From NCBI RefSeq assembly GCF_006345805.1, contig NC_042999.1, positions 122,016,001 to 122,080,000 on the forward strand: a stretch of 64,000 nt of DNA, read 5' to 3'. The stretch is from Octopus sinensis. Taxonomy: Eukaryota. Below the pieces are notes generated by a model. It did not search any database. It saw only the letters and a program-made list of their open reading frames with translations, and was not told the DNA's origin. The first letter of the stretch is position 1. Every line of letters begins with the position of its first letter. A program made the position numbers and the translations under genes. Below are positions 1 to 11,720 of the stretch, piece by piece.

Positions 1-166
1 ATTTTTAAGATGGTGTCATTTGAAGATTATTTGGCTGCCATTTCCTGTTGGCCAAGTAACTACAAAGTGGCTTCCCTGTGCATGTGGTTAATCTAAGATT
101 ACTGTATGTTATTTATTTTGAATGACTTCTATGTAACTTTTACTCTTTTAGTCCATCTCTGACTAA

Positions 167-477
167 CAGTGGGATTGCACCTAGAAAGTTACCCTCCCAG
201 GGACAAGTCCGGGCAAGGTTGTTTTATGGAAGACCAGCAGTCGCCCATGCATACCGGCCTCCCCTCTCCATGCCACCGGTGTTATCCAAGGGAAAGGCAA
301 TGACCGATACAGCTTGGCACATGTGACGTCGCAACTCATTTCTACAGCTGAGTGAACTGGAGCAACGTGAAATAAAGTGTCTTGCTCAAGAACACAACAC
401 GCAGCCCAGTCCAGGATTCGAACTCACAACCTCACGATCGTAAGCTCAATGCTCTAACCACTGAGCCATGTGCCTTC
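167..477 (-). mobile_element. tRNA-derived SINE (family B)
   Basis: Minus strand starts GAAGGCACATGGCTCAGTGGTTAGAGC (A box) ... GTTCGAATCC (B box), then TTCTTGAGCAAGACACTT; a diverged second copy lies at 52344-52653. Confidence 0.8.
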
Positions 478-894
478 TGCATTTCTATTGTAATACGTCC
501 CCATTACTGCTGTATTAGTGTATTATACACCCTATGTATGGAGGAAATTATATGTGAACAGGAATTTTCATTTCATGCCTTAATTAAATATTTAAATCAC
601 CTTAGTCACATTAATGGAGCATTGCAATCCTATGATTAAAATAATGTGATGAGATAATTATGGAAAATAAATGAGCAAGAATAATGACAAAAAATGATTA
701 AAGATAGGTTTTCTTTTGTTCTCCAACATACTAGCCGAAGTATGATCCTCTTCCATCTGAGTGACACAATAATGCAAAATTATGAAATAGCATGTTCTTA
801 CAAAGGCTGTGAATGTATAACTGTGATAATAAATAGTGGTGTGTATAGAGAAACAGAGCATATTTAAAGATTACAGCATTAATAAAAATACAGG

Positions 895-1490
895 GTATTA
901 AAAAGTACAGTGCAAGTCATCAAAACGCATTGTAATTTCACCAAAAGTTCTATCAATTTCTTGAATAAAATAGCATGTGTAGTCCATTGCTCAAAATTTT
1001 CTGTTATAGTTGCTTCATTTATGAATATTAAACATGTTCAGCTAACCAGCTGACTGTGTACCCCTTGGTGATACATTGCAATTTGACTACCCATTAATCT
1101 TTAAGGATACTTTAAAGTGATAGTGTACATTATTATTTTCATATTACTTTCTGTCAAATACTGTTGCCTAGAAGCAGCTTTTGCCACTTCCTTTTACAGC
1201 TTTGGGACAACGTAATTTCCCCCCTGCATCCATGATTGATGTCACTATACTTTTGTAAATGACTTGCTGCTTGGTATTTAGCTAAGAAAAATAGATTCCG
1301 CTATTTACTTCAACTCTTGTGCATCATATTCCATCTGTTTACTTATAAAGTTTGCTTTGCTAGGTCCAGCTGTGCTAAGATTAGGGTTGGGAAGATTAAA
1401 GAAGTTACCCTCCATGTGTCATACATTTCCAAAAGCACTTCATTAAGAACTTTGTCAGTTAACAATTATACTTTATTACAATGCATTTTC
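895..1490 (-). mobile_element. Decayed Helitron PIF1-like helicase fragment, N-terminal motifs
   Basis: Minus-strand translation across stops and frameshifts: KQMEYDAQEL..LNTKQQVIYKSIVTSIMDAGG..KGSGKSCF (Walker A-like), FKVSL..SNCNV..LIFINEATI (DEA-like), DRTFGEITMRFDD (FGG..GD-like). Confidence 0.65.
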
Positions 1491-1556
1491 TCTCAGCTTA
1501 GTGTATGGGGAGTGACAGTTTATTAACAGCACAAGATCAGATAGTTTTGTGTGTGG

Positions 1557-1597
<41 letters not shown>

Positions 1598-1739
1598 AAT
1601 GCAAAAAACAAATTTCTGTGTGTCAGTGTGTCACACTTCGGCCCCACTCTCTCACTATTCAATGACACTTTTTCTATTCCTCTTGCTAGGGTGAGAGTAA
1701 TTGTAGGCATAGAGATGGTGAGGGCAGTAATATATTGAC

Positions 1740-2010
1740 AGTTGAGATGGTAATGGGGTGATAGTAACAGTATGAGCTGTAGTTGTGATAGAGGTGGAGG
1801 TGACGGTGATGATGGTGGTGATGGTGGTGGTGGTAGCTGTGGCAGTCAAGTATGACGGTGATAGTAAGGGATGTGAAAGACAGTGGTGAAGGTGGTGGAG
1901 GGGAAGGTTGCGATGTCAAAGGTGTTGATGGTGGTGATATCAAAAGTCTGAATGGTGTGTGTATGGAAGTTGTGGTGGTGATGGTGATTGTACAGGTGAT
2001 GATGGTGGTG
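1740..2010. repeat. GGT/GAT-rich low-complexity tract
   Basis: Degenerate (GGT)n/(GAT)n; produces the spurious Thr/His/Val-rich ORFs; a similar tract lies at 50280-50400. Confidence 0.8.
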
Positions 2011-2203
2011 AACAGAAAGAGAGGGAGAGAAAGAAGGGGGTTAGACACAAAAAAAAATTGTACTGATCCCTAAATGGGAAGAAGAAATATGTTGTTTATC
2101 ATGAAGCTTTGCAATAAGTTCCAAGTCAACACATTATATCATTGTTTTGACGAAAATTGTTCATTGCTTGAAAAATATTGGTCAGGTTTAATGAAACTTA
2201 ATA

Positions 2204-2724
2204 CCATAAATCCTTGACTATAGTCTGTCCTTGAGTATAATACGCAAGGGATTTTTATGGGGCTGTACCCCTGAAAAACCTAAAGCTTGTGTATGATACG
2301 CACCCCTTCTCTAACTTGAGTTGTGCGTAATTAAGCCAGCAGCACCTAGTCAAACAAATACTTCTGTGCATGTGTAATACAATAATGGTGATGTTCTTAA
2401 CTGTTATATGAGAATGTAAATATGTTTGCAAATTGTTTTTGTTACATGTTATTCTGTGTTCTGAATACTTTTATTTTAATAAATGTTGCTTACTGTAAGT
2501 TATGGATGATTCTTTTATAACTTCATCGCTTTCAGGCTTAGCTTAATGTATTTTTGTGCCCGATATCACAAAATCTGTCTGAATAAACATTGCCAGACAG
2601 CAAATAGAGACTCGGACGTTGCTTAGAAAATATTTTTCATTTTTAACCTCGAAGATAGTACGCACTAGGGATTTTGACCTTTAGATTTTGGGGGAAAATG
2701 CGGATTATACTCGAGGATTTACTG
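2204..2724 (+). mobile_element. TA-flanked MITE (Tc1/pogo-like termini), copy 1
   Basis: TA|CCATAAATCCTTGACTATA ... TATACTCGAGGATTTACTG|TA imperfect TIRs; the whole body matches 17988-18506 in reverse orientation. Confidence 0.8.
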
Positions 2725-2807
2725 TATGTAATCAGTCTAGTATTTAAATTTTTTAATGTTGAAATGCTGTTGCAGGTATTTTTATGTTGAAATGCTGTTG
2801 CAAGTAT

Positions 2808-3034
2808 TTAACCCTTTAGCATTTAAACCAGCTATATCTGAACCAAATATTCTACCTTTTTTATCTTCTGATTTGCCAGATCCAACCTCTCACCCCTATC
2901 TTACAATGTGATTATAAAAGTAAACAATCAATGCATTGAAATGTTGAAGCTACAAGATAATGCATGATAAATTCAAAACAATGTGAATAAATAAGTATTA
3001 CATTTGACAAAATAATGTGAATACTAAAGAGTAA
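2808..3034 (-). mobile_element. TTAA/CCCTT piggyBac-like MITE, copy 1
   Basis: TTAACCCTTTAG ... CTAAAGAGTAA ends; the body is the reverse complement of 8424-8635. Confidence 0.65.
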
Positions 3035-3168
3035 AACTAACCAACACTAGTTGTTAAGAGTGGGTGGGGACAAATGCATATCTACATAGATATACACACA
3101 CACTTACATATACATAGGCACATACACACATTAACTTCTACACAGTTTCTGTCTATCAAATTTGCTTA

Positions 3169-3575
3169 GGTGCAGGAGTGGCTGTGTAGTAAGTAGCTTG
3201 CTTACCAACCGCATGGTTCCAGGTTCAGTCCCACTGTGTGGCACCTTGGGCAAGTGTCTTCTACTATAGCCTTGGGCTGACTAAAGCCTTGTGAGTGGAT
3301 CTGGTAGACGGAAACTGAAAGAAGCCCTTCGTATATATGTATATATATGTATGTATGCGTGTATGTATATGTTTGTGTGTCTGTGTTTGTCCCCCCAACA
3401 TCACTTCACAACCGATGCTGGTGTGTTTGCGTCCCTGTAACTTAGCGGTTCAGCAAAAGAGACCAATAGAATAAGTACTAGGCTTACAAAGAATAAGTCC
3501 TGGAGTCGATTTGCTTGACTAAAAGGCGGTGCTCCGGCATGGCTGCAGTCAAAATGACTGAAACATGTAAGAGTA
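3169..3575 (+). mobile_element. Bipartite tRNA-derived SINE (family A) with internal microsatellite
   Basis: A box TGGCTGTGTAGTAAG, B box GGTTCAGTCCC, then CCTTGGGCAAGTGTCTT, a (TA/TG)n spacer, and a 3' module ending ATGACTGAAACATGTAAGAGT; repeated many times in the window. Confidence 0.85.
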
Positions 3576-4012
3576 GGCTTTAACTGGAACTAAACTCAAA
3601 ACCACATAGTTGGGAATAGAACTTCTTATCCAAGCAGATATGGTTGCATGTACAAACACACACTCTTAAATAATAATTATAATGATAGCAAATATGGAAA
3701 CTGGTACATCCTCAAAATTTTTTTTTCATTTTATTTTACAGCATGTCATACAGCATATTATTATGGCTATGACAACTTACATGTAGTTCTGCAGTACAGA
3801 ATATGGACAGTTGCATATGCAACTGAGCATAATTTGTTGTGCAGCTTTGTTCAGGGTCTTTCAACCAGCTTGACTTGAAGTGCTATCCACCCAGATAATA
3901 TGTACCATGGTATCCACCCAGATAATATATCCCTCTAAACTCACATATATAAATAGGTATGTTGGTGCAAACAGACAAAACAGAACTCAAAATATGGGTA
4001 TATGTATATTTC

Positions 4013-4144
4013 TGTTAGTGTTTAACAGAAGTAACAGAGTGACTCAAGGCCCAAGCGTTTCATGCGTTGGCACTTATCAATAAGTATCAATGCATGAAAC
4101 TTTTTGACCTTGAGTCACTCTGTTACTTCTGCTAAATATTAATA
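4013..4144. repeat. Long palindrome containing two inverted degenerate hammerhead-like cores
   Basis: Perfect 24-bp inverted repeat 4026-4049/4108-4131; inner arms GTTTCATGCGTTG/CAATGCATGAAAC and ACTTAT/ATAAGT. Confidence 0.85.
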
Positions 4145-4158
4145 AAATTTATATATAT

Positions 4159-4423
4159 GCCTTACTGGCACCTGTGCCGGTGGCATGTGTAAAAAGATTC
4201 GAGCGAGGTCATTGCCAGTATCACCTGACTGGCCCCCATGCCAGTGGCATGTGAAGGCACCCTCTACACTTTTGGAGTGGTTGGCGTTAGGAAGGGCATC
4301 CAGCTGTAGAAACTCTGCCAGGTCAAGATTGGAGCCTGGTGCAGCCATCTGGTTCGCCAGCCCTCAGTCATATCGTCCAACCCATGCTAGCATGGAAAGT
4401 GGACGTTAAACGATGATGATGAT
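4159..4423 (+). mobile_element. 3' end of an RTE-type LINE (family C), (GAT)n tail
   Basis: GGTTGGCGTTAGGAAGGGCATCCAGC...CCAACCCATGCTAGCATGGAAAG...GATGATGAT; same sequence as the 3' UTR of the RTE copy at 34570-35490. Confidence 0.8.
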
Positions 4424-4535
4424 AAAATAAATATATATATATATATATTAATAAAATTTATATATATATATATATATCCCTTCTTTCTGTTAGGATGTAC
4501 AAGTATTTACACACATTTATACACATGGTGGAAAC

Positions 4536-4682
4536 TTCCACTTACCAAATCCAATCACAAGGCAATGGTTGAACTGAGGCTATAGCAGAAGACACTTGCT
4601 CAAGGCGCTACACAGTGGAACTGAACCTGAAATCATGTGGCTGGAAAGCAAGCTTCCTAACCACACAGCCATGCCTGCACCT
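4536..4682 (-). mobile_element. Family A SINE, 5' module
   Basis: Reverse complement of the 3169-3330 head. Confidence 0.75.
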
Positions 4683-5009
4683 ACAACCCAAATCATTGAC
4701 AACATATCTTTTCAAAAGACACATCAGTTTCTTCTTCCATCACATTATCAATTTCACCAATTTTTCAGCAGTCTTGTTGTTTTGTGTGCCTCTTGTTGAA
4801 TAGGTAATACGAATCTATCACTGGCTTTTTAATCAGTAAAACTTGTTGGTCCAGGTTTGTACTGTAGCAACACTTGCATAAAGAATTACTCTTCTTCATG
4901 AAGATTCGAGTTAATAATGAAAATACTTCTAGTCATTTCACTCAGAATATGTTTTACCATTGTGTCTTTGTTTCTCTTAACTACACAAATTTATTGAATC
5001 ATCTGTATA

Positions 5010-5164
5010 GGTGCATGCATGGCTGCTTAATTGAGATGCGTACTTACCAACCACATGCTCTTGGGTTCAGTTCCACCTTGTGTACCATGAGCAAGTGTCT
5101 TCTAGCCTCCAGGCAAACCAAAGCCTTGTGAGTAGATTTGGTAGACTGAAAGTGAAAGCGGACC
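5010..5164 (+). mobile_element. Family A SINE, 5' module, truncated
   Basis: Matches the 3169-3325 head; ends just before the Helitron-like 5' TC at 5169. Confidence 0.7.
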
Positions 5165-5920
5165 ATCATCTTAATATATAAAATACCTTGTCTGTGAGTG
5201 AGTCCTCAATGCATGCTCAAACCTTTGAATCAATCTGTACTATACTTGGGTTACATGAATAATTTGACCTTGGAAAGAATAATACGGTCTTGATTTTTCT
5301 TTTTATTAAAAATAAATAATATTGCTCTATATATAACGATTCACTTCTTCAAATCGTTTTCTCAACTTCCTGTGTTTGAACTTTATGGCTTTGGCGTCTT
5401 AACCAGCTATTTATACACACACACGTATGTATACATTATAGTTGTGACGATTTCTGATAAAAATGAATTTCTAAAGGTTCTTCCATGTCAGAAAAAAAAA
5501 AATTCATACAGAGATAGACGTCTTTTTCTCAATTAATTAAATGAGGTACTGTATATTGTACATTGATTTTCCAATACATTTTTCGGACATTTTCGAAACC
5601 AGTCGCTTTATTAAGACTTCATATTTCACATTTAAATCCCATATGATTATTCTTGGCGCAAATCGACTTATCACATTCACGTAACTGTTTTGCCAATGTC
5701 TACATAGTAACTAAGTGACTAGCTATTTACACACACATGTATGTATACATCATTACTATTGTGACGATCTGAGATAAAAAAGAATTTCTAAACTTACTTT
5801 CATTTCTTATATTCTTCTCAGGCTTCCTATTTGTGTAAGATATATACTTATGTGAGTGTGAGTGAGACAAATGTTTCATACGGAGATTTCATTTAATTGA
5901 TCAATTGTCAACAGGGCATA

Positions 5921-7226
5921 ACTACAGATTTCTGTCCCCACCTCCAGCTTTTTGGATGGTCATAACTTTCAGAACAATGGATACTTTTTAATGAAATTTT
6001 CTACGAATATGTATTATATCATGTAGATTCGGAATATACAAAATTCGGGAGGGGGGATGTTTTAATAGGGGTGAGGAGGGTTTTCGGAAAATTCACTGGA
6101 GTCAACTTCAATTCACTTAACTCGCAGGAAAATTGATATTTTTTAATGAAATTGTCTACAAATATACCTCGGACTATGTAGATTCAGAGCATATAGGATC
6201 TTGGGGGGGGGGAGCAATTCGGGGTTATTTTAGAGTTAGGGTATGTGGCGATGCTTCGGTATATGTACACACGTGACTTTGTTACATTTCTGAAGATAAC
6301 AGAAACCCTTTTCTCCCACCCCTAACCCAACCCTAACACAAACCCTAACCCCCCATATATAAAAAAAAAACACTTTTTTTAAATGTATCTGGTACTTCCG
6401 GAAGTACACCGGTACTTATACCGTAACATCGCCAGATTTTTTTCACTTCAAGTAAATTCACAGGTAAACTGTTCCAATAGAAAGACAGAAGACACCAGAA
6501 GCAAAAATAAGGAATATACACGCACAGTTTAATATAAAAGGGTAAAGTATAATTTTTTACATAATCTCTAAAATAAACGTGATATTGAAGAAAATAATAT
6601 CCCGTTTGAACTTTTTTCAATATATATATATATGTGTGTGTGAAAGAGAGAGAGATCACTCAGAATAAGCATGCCACCCCTTTGTGCTTATTTTTCCTAC
6701 GGATTCCGATCTTGTCTCCAACGGAGATTCTAAGTATGCAAAAAGATCTACTTTTAGACTTTTAATACACCCAATCCTTAACTTATCAATATTTTCCCCG
6801 AAATTTTGCGACCAGGGTCAAGGGTTTTGTGCACAAACGTACAACGGAGAAACTGAAACAAATATGGACGACTTGTTTTGAAACACTCCCCGAGTGGGGA
6901 ACAGTTCACAAAAATAACCCCCAACTGTTTTCGCCCCAAATCCTAAATGCTTGAAATCTACATAGTCCGAGGTATATGTATAGACAATTTCATTTAGAAA
7001 TATCCATTTTCCAGAAAGTTAATACGAATTGAATGGACTCCAGTGAATATTCCGAAAATCCTCCCCACTGCCTCCTAAAACACTTTCCCTCCAAAAATTT
7101 TGTATATTTGAAATCTACATCATATAACACATATTCGTAGAAAATTTCATAAAAATTATCGATTTTTCTGAAAGTTATCGTCATCCAAAATCCGGTGGGG
7201 TGCGGTGGGGGCAGAAAGCCTGTGGT
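5921..7226. mobile_element. Foldback-like element with about 300-bp imperfect terminal inverted repeats
   Basis: 5921-6235 aligns by eye to the reverse complement of 6908-7226; each arm has an internal subrepeat (TTTAATGAAATT.TCTAC...ATGTAGATT); non-coding core. Confidence 0.75.
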
Positions 7227-7229
7227 GAG

Positions 7230-7920
7230 ATGGTACCAGCTGTCAATGATCTCATAATGCATGTGCTCCCAAACATTGCACAAAGCTTTAGCAACAGTCA
7301 ATGGCTCTGTGAGCGAGGCTTCTTAGCTCCACGTTATGATGCCGTCAACAAACTCAACTGGGATCTCCTGCAGCTGTTGCTTGGACAAGAAGTCTTTCAA
7401 ATCCCTTGGTACTGTCATTGATCATGACCAGGCTGTAGTTCTTCCAACTGAGTTCCTGTACTCTCTACAGCCATCTGGGATGCTATCTCACCACTTAATA
7501 CTTAAAAAGGAGTCCCCTCCTGCCACTATTGCTGCTCAGGAATCTGGATCCACCTCATCTGTGCAATGGCACCAGACTGGTGGTGAAAGCAATACAACCT
7601 CACGTCCTAGAGGCAACAGTTATATCTTGGAACTATAAGGGTGAGAATGTCTTCATTCCACTGATCCCGTAAACCCCATATGACCTCCCCTTTGAATTTA
7701 AATAGTTCCAGTTCCCAATGAAACTAAGTTTTGCTATGTCAGTAAACAAGTGTGAAGGAAAGTCTCTTAAGGTTGTTGGACTTCATCTTGCTTCTCTCAT
7801 AGGCAATTATATGTAGGATGTTTGTGAGTTGGAAGTCCCCAAAATCTTTTCACATATACACTAATTAAAGGACATACTCAAAACATTGTATATTTAGAAG
7901 CTCTAGATAATTAAACTGTG
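7230..7920 (+). mobile_element. Decayed Helitron PIF1-like helicase fragment, C-terminal half
   Basis: LPNIAQSFSNSQWLCERGFLAP; PTEFLYSLQPSGMLSHHLILK; LLRNLDPPHLCNGTRLVVK..VLEATV; FIPLIP..DLPFEFK*FQFPMKLSFAMSVNKCEGKSLKVVG; HRQLYVG; NIVYLEAL. Confidence 0.92.
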
Positions 7921-8423
7921 ATTGATTTCCAGATTTGTTTCAATATATTTGTTTATACTCATGTCATCTGATAGAATTTTTGTTAAATGTACTTATTAAC
8001 AGGAGGGGAGTTCTCGCATGCCATTTCTTAAATTTATGCATTTTAAAGTTCAATGTTTCAATTAAGTACTGACAATTGAAGGTGATTGCAAAGACAAAGA
8101 ACTACCTGATTTTTAAACAATTTTAACAGTGAGAACATTGGATAAATCATGTTATTGACATTAATAGTTTGTACTAACTAATGTTGAGAACTGCATAATC
8201 CATGTTTCATTTTACTTAGAGGTTTAAAAGGCATACTTACATTTCATTATTTTCAATAACCTGGGGAAACACCAGGTTATTAACATACAAAGTTAGTATC
8301 TCAGCTACTAGGAGGTAAGACCTGCGTAATCTGTTTCATGTTAGAGATCTAAAAGGCATTTTAAAATTTCATTATTTTCTGTAACCCAGGCAACACCGGA
8401 TATTTCTGCTAGTTTGTGCTGCT

Positions 8424-8635
8424 TTAACCCTTTAGTGTTCAGATTATTCTATTGATTCCCATTGATTTGAATTAATCATGCATTATCTCATATCTTCAAG
8501 ATCTTGATGGTGTAATTACTTAATGTAGAATAACATTGTAGGGTAGATGTGAGAGCCTGGATCTGGCCAGTTTGAACATAAAACATGTAGAATACTTTTG
8601 GCCGGATATGGCCGGTTAAAATACTAAAGGGTTAA
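8424..8635 (+). mobile_element. TTAA/CCCTT piggyBac-like MITE, copy 2
   Basis: TTAACCCTTTAG ... CTAAAGGGTTAA perfect termini with TTAA at both ends. Confidence 0.8.
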
Positions 8636-8710
8636 ATAAAACATATTACTCTACCACTGGTATTTGAGTACTCTTTTTTCCACCTTGTTTCACATTTATG
8701 TGTTTACTCT

Positions 8711-8761
<51 letters not shown>

Positions 8762-10588
8762 GTATGGTGTGTGCATATATATATATATACATATGCATAT
8801 ATATGCACACACACACACACACACATCCCTTTCTATAAACCTTGCATTCTGTGTTTTTTGAAAATTTTTTGTATTTTTGTTTTTTGCATTGACTGACATT
8901 ATTTTCTTTAATGGCTTTCTTTTTTTTATTTAATTGTATTGGTGTTTTTTATTTCCCTGGAACATAAGTACGGGCATGTACACATGCTCTATATCAATAG
9001 CAAGAATGTTACTTCATATGAAATTTGGATTAATATGTACTTTACATAGTTATAGTTTTTACCCATCTCTGGCTCAGCCTCTTGTTCCTCAACCCTTCTC
9101 TTTCTCTCTCTCTTTCTCTCTCTCTCCCTCTCTCTCTCTCTCTACACACACATACACATATTTCTATTTCTCTTTACCTCTCATATGTGGCTCTGCCTCT
9201 CACTTTATTGATCTGTCTGTCTGTCAGCCTGTCTAATTATCTCTTTATCTGTTTGGTGACTACCTGCTTCTCTATTTACCCTTTATCCCATCGCTTCCTC
9301 CGTCTTTTTTCACTCTTCCTTTCGAGAAACTTCCTTGTATTTATTTCTTGGGGAATATAAATACAGAATGACCATCAATTTGTTTATAGATTACACAATG
9401 TTTATAAATGAATTAACATTCTTGTTCTATTAAAAAAGATGATTTTATTAATGATAGGGAAAGGTGGATACATTCAAAACATTGATTAATTTATTACCTA
9501 AAAACTTTATACTTTTTATTTAACTGAAAAATGTAACAATCACTTGTAAATTTGATGATGGTTTTTTTCTTTTTCCATCTATGAAACTTTACATAACAAA
9601 TCTTTCAATACAAATACATGCATGCATATGCACATATGTGTGTGTGAAATTCTGTATTAACTTCTTTTTCAGTTAGAATACTTTCTATTTCATTGAGTGT
9701 GTGTGCTTGTATATATTATCAAGTATGTGTCTACAAACGTGCTTGTGTTTGTACTTGCATATGTCAGTGGTGAACTTAATTTAAAATCAGTGCACAGTGT
9801 TGTGTTTACATTTCTTTTCCTTCTTTATTTTTCGCCTTTTGAATACATACTATGAAATTTAGCGGAAATATATTTCCTGCTAAATTTACAAAAATTTGCA
9901 ATTTCATCTTGAATGAAATTACCAACCAGCCCAACCATTGCAAAACCTCTCATTACAGCTCACTGTAGTTACTATACTTTCATTTTCCTTTTCCTACGCT
10001 AAATGTCTCCAACTGCCATTCATTTCCCATTCATCAGTTATTTCACTCTCCCTTTACCAGCATGACTACAAACAAACAACCCCCCCCCAAAAAAAAAACA
10101 AAAAAACACAACAGCAAAAAGCAAACAGACAAAAAAACCTTTTTCTGTTTATTATATGTGATTATATAAATGTGTTGCTGCAACATGGCCGTACCCCAAT
10201 GAGTGCCATGAAACAAGTAAAACAAAATGCTAAAAGACCTAACCTTGTTATGTATGTGTATATGCACACACACACACACACAAACACATACACACACACG
10301 CACACATGTGCATACACACATGTGCACACACAAATGAGCATGCAAACACACACACACATACACACAGTTAAAGCCATATCTTCTTAATATTTAGAAATGA
10401 ATGTATGCATTTGTATTCCAAGTTGTATATCACAGAATTGTAGCTAGTTGACTGTAATTTTATGTAGTTGTACATGTTTCCAAAGGAAAGTTCATAAACT
10501 ATATCATTTATTCTTTACATCTGGGTTGGACCATGCATTGCTGCTAGCATTCCAATATTCTTCTCTGAGCTTCTTGTATATTTTCTGT

Positions 10589-11005
10589 GGGCATAGGAGT
10601 GGGTGTGTGGTAAGTAGATTGCTTACCAACCACATGGTTCCGGGTTCAGTCCCACTGCGTGGCACCTTGGGCAAGTGTCTTCTACTATAGCCTCGGGCTG
10701 ACAAAAGCCTTGTGAGTGGATTTGGTAGTCGGAAACTGAAAGAAGCCCATTGTATATATGTGTGTGTATATATATATATATATATATGTGTTTGTGGTGT
10801 GTATGTGTCTGTGTTTGTCCTCCCACCCAACATTGCTTGACAACCGATGCTGGTGTGTTTATGTCCCCGTAACTTAGCAGTTCAGCAAAAGGGACTGATC
10901 GAATAAGTATTGGGCTTACAAAGAATAAATCCTGGGGTCGATTTGCTTGACTAAAGTGGTGCTCCAGCATGGCCACAGTCAAATGACTGAAACAAGTAAA
11001 AGAGT
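10589..11005 (+). mobile_element. Family A SINE, full length
   Basis: Both modules and the internal (TA/TG)n tract, as at 3169-3575. Confidence 0.88.
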
Positions 11006-11124
11006 GTGGTTGAATTTCTTTTCAGTAATGTTTGGGTTTTTTTTAACAACCAGTATAAGGTTTGTTGAACTTCACAAAACATGATATTCTGTTATAATTA
11101 ATTTACTATTTACTTAAATCTTTT

Positions 11125-11475
11125 ACTTTTCACTTTTTTCAGTCATTAGACTTTGCTCATGCTGGAGCACTGGTTTGAAGAGTTATTTTTCTAGTCAAAT
11201 AAATTGAACCTAAGACAATTTATAAAGCCTGGTACTCATTCTATCAGTCTCTTGCTGAACTGCTAAATTACAGAGATATAAACAAACCAACACCAGTTGT
11301 CAAGTAATGGTGGGGAACAAATACAGATACACACACACGTGTGTAACAGGCTTCTTTCAGTTTCCATCTACTTGATCCACCTAAAAATCTTTGGTTGGCC
11401 TGGGGCTATAGTAGAATCCCACTGCATAGCCCAGTGGGATTGAACCTGGAACCATGTAGTTGGGAAGCAAACTTT
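11125..11475 (-). mobile_element. Family A SINE, diverged, tail-to-tail with the previous copy
   Basis: Reverse-complement match to both modules. Confidence 0.75.
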
Positions 11476-11554
11476 TTGCCACACAGCCATGCCTTCACAA
11501 ATATATATTTGTACTTTTGAGGTATTTTGCTTTTTACATATTAAAGATGTTTTA

Positions 11555-11720
11555 TCTTCAGCATGGTTGTGTAATTAAGATGTTTGCTTCCCAACTGTGT
11601 GCCTTCAGGTTCAATTTCTAGAAGTGCCTTCTACAATAGCCCAGCTCCAACCAAAGCCTTGTGAGTGGATTTGATAGAAGGAAACTGAAGGAAGCTTGTC
11701 ATATATATGCATGTGTGTGT
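11555..11720 (+). mobile_element. Family A SINE, diverged 5' module
   Basis: CCAAAGCCTTGTGAGTGGATTTGATAGAAGGAAACTGAAG motif. Confidence 0.65.

Larger units (their letters stand above)
5169..8412 (+). mobile_element. Composite Helitron-like element
   Basis: A|TCTTAATATATAAAA 5' end; 3' hairpin ACCCAGGCAACACCGGAT followed by CTAG|T at 8409-8412; contains a helicase relic and a nested inverted-repeat element. Unity of the two ends is inferred. Confidence 0.5.

Noticed and set aside
1655-2073. Thr/His/Pro-rich ORFs
   Set aside because: Translations of a GGT/GAT low-complexity tract on both strands
2755-2806. Short local tandem duplications (also about 3884-3930, 43350-43410, 43490-43540)
   Set aside because: Ordinary 20-30-bp slippage duplications with no further structure
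6320-6350. Interstitial telomere
   Set aside because: Only three non-contiguous CCCTAA hexamers inside a repeat element
9938-10387. 149-aa ORF and overlapping antisense ORFs
   Set aside because: Built from (CA)n and A-runs; no domain motifs
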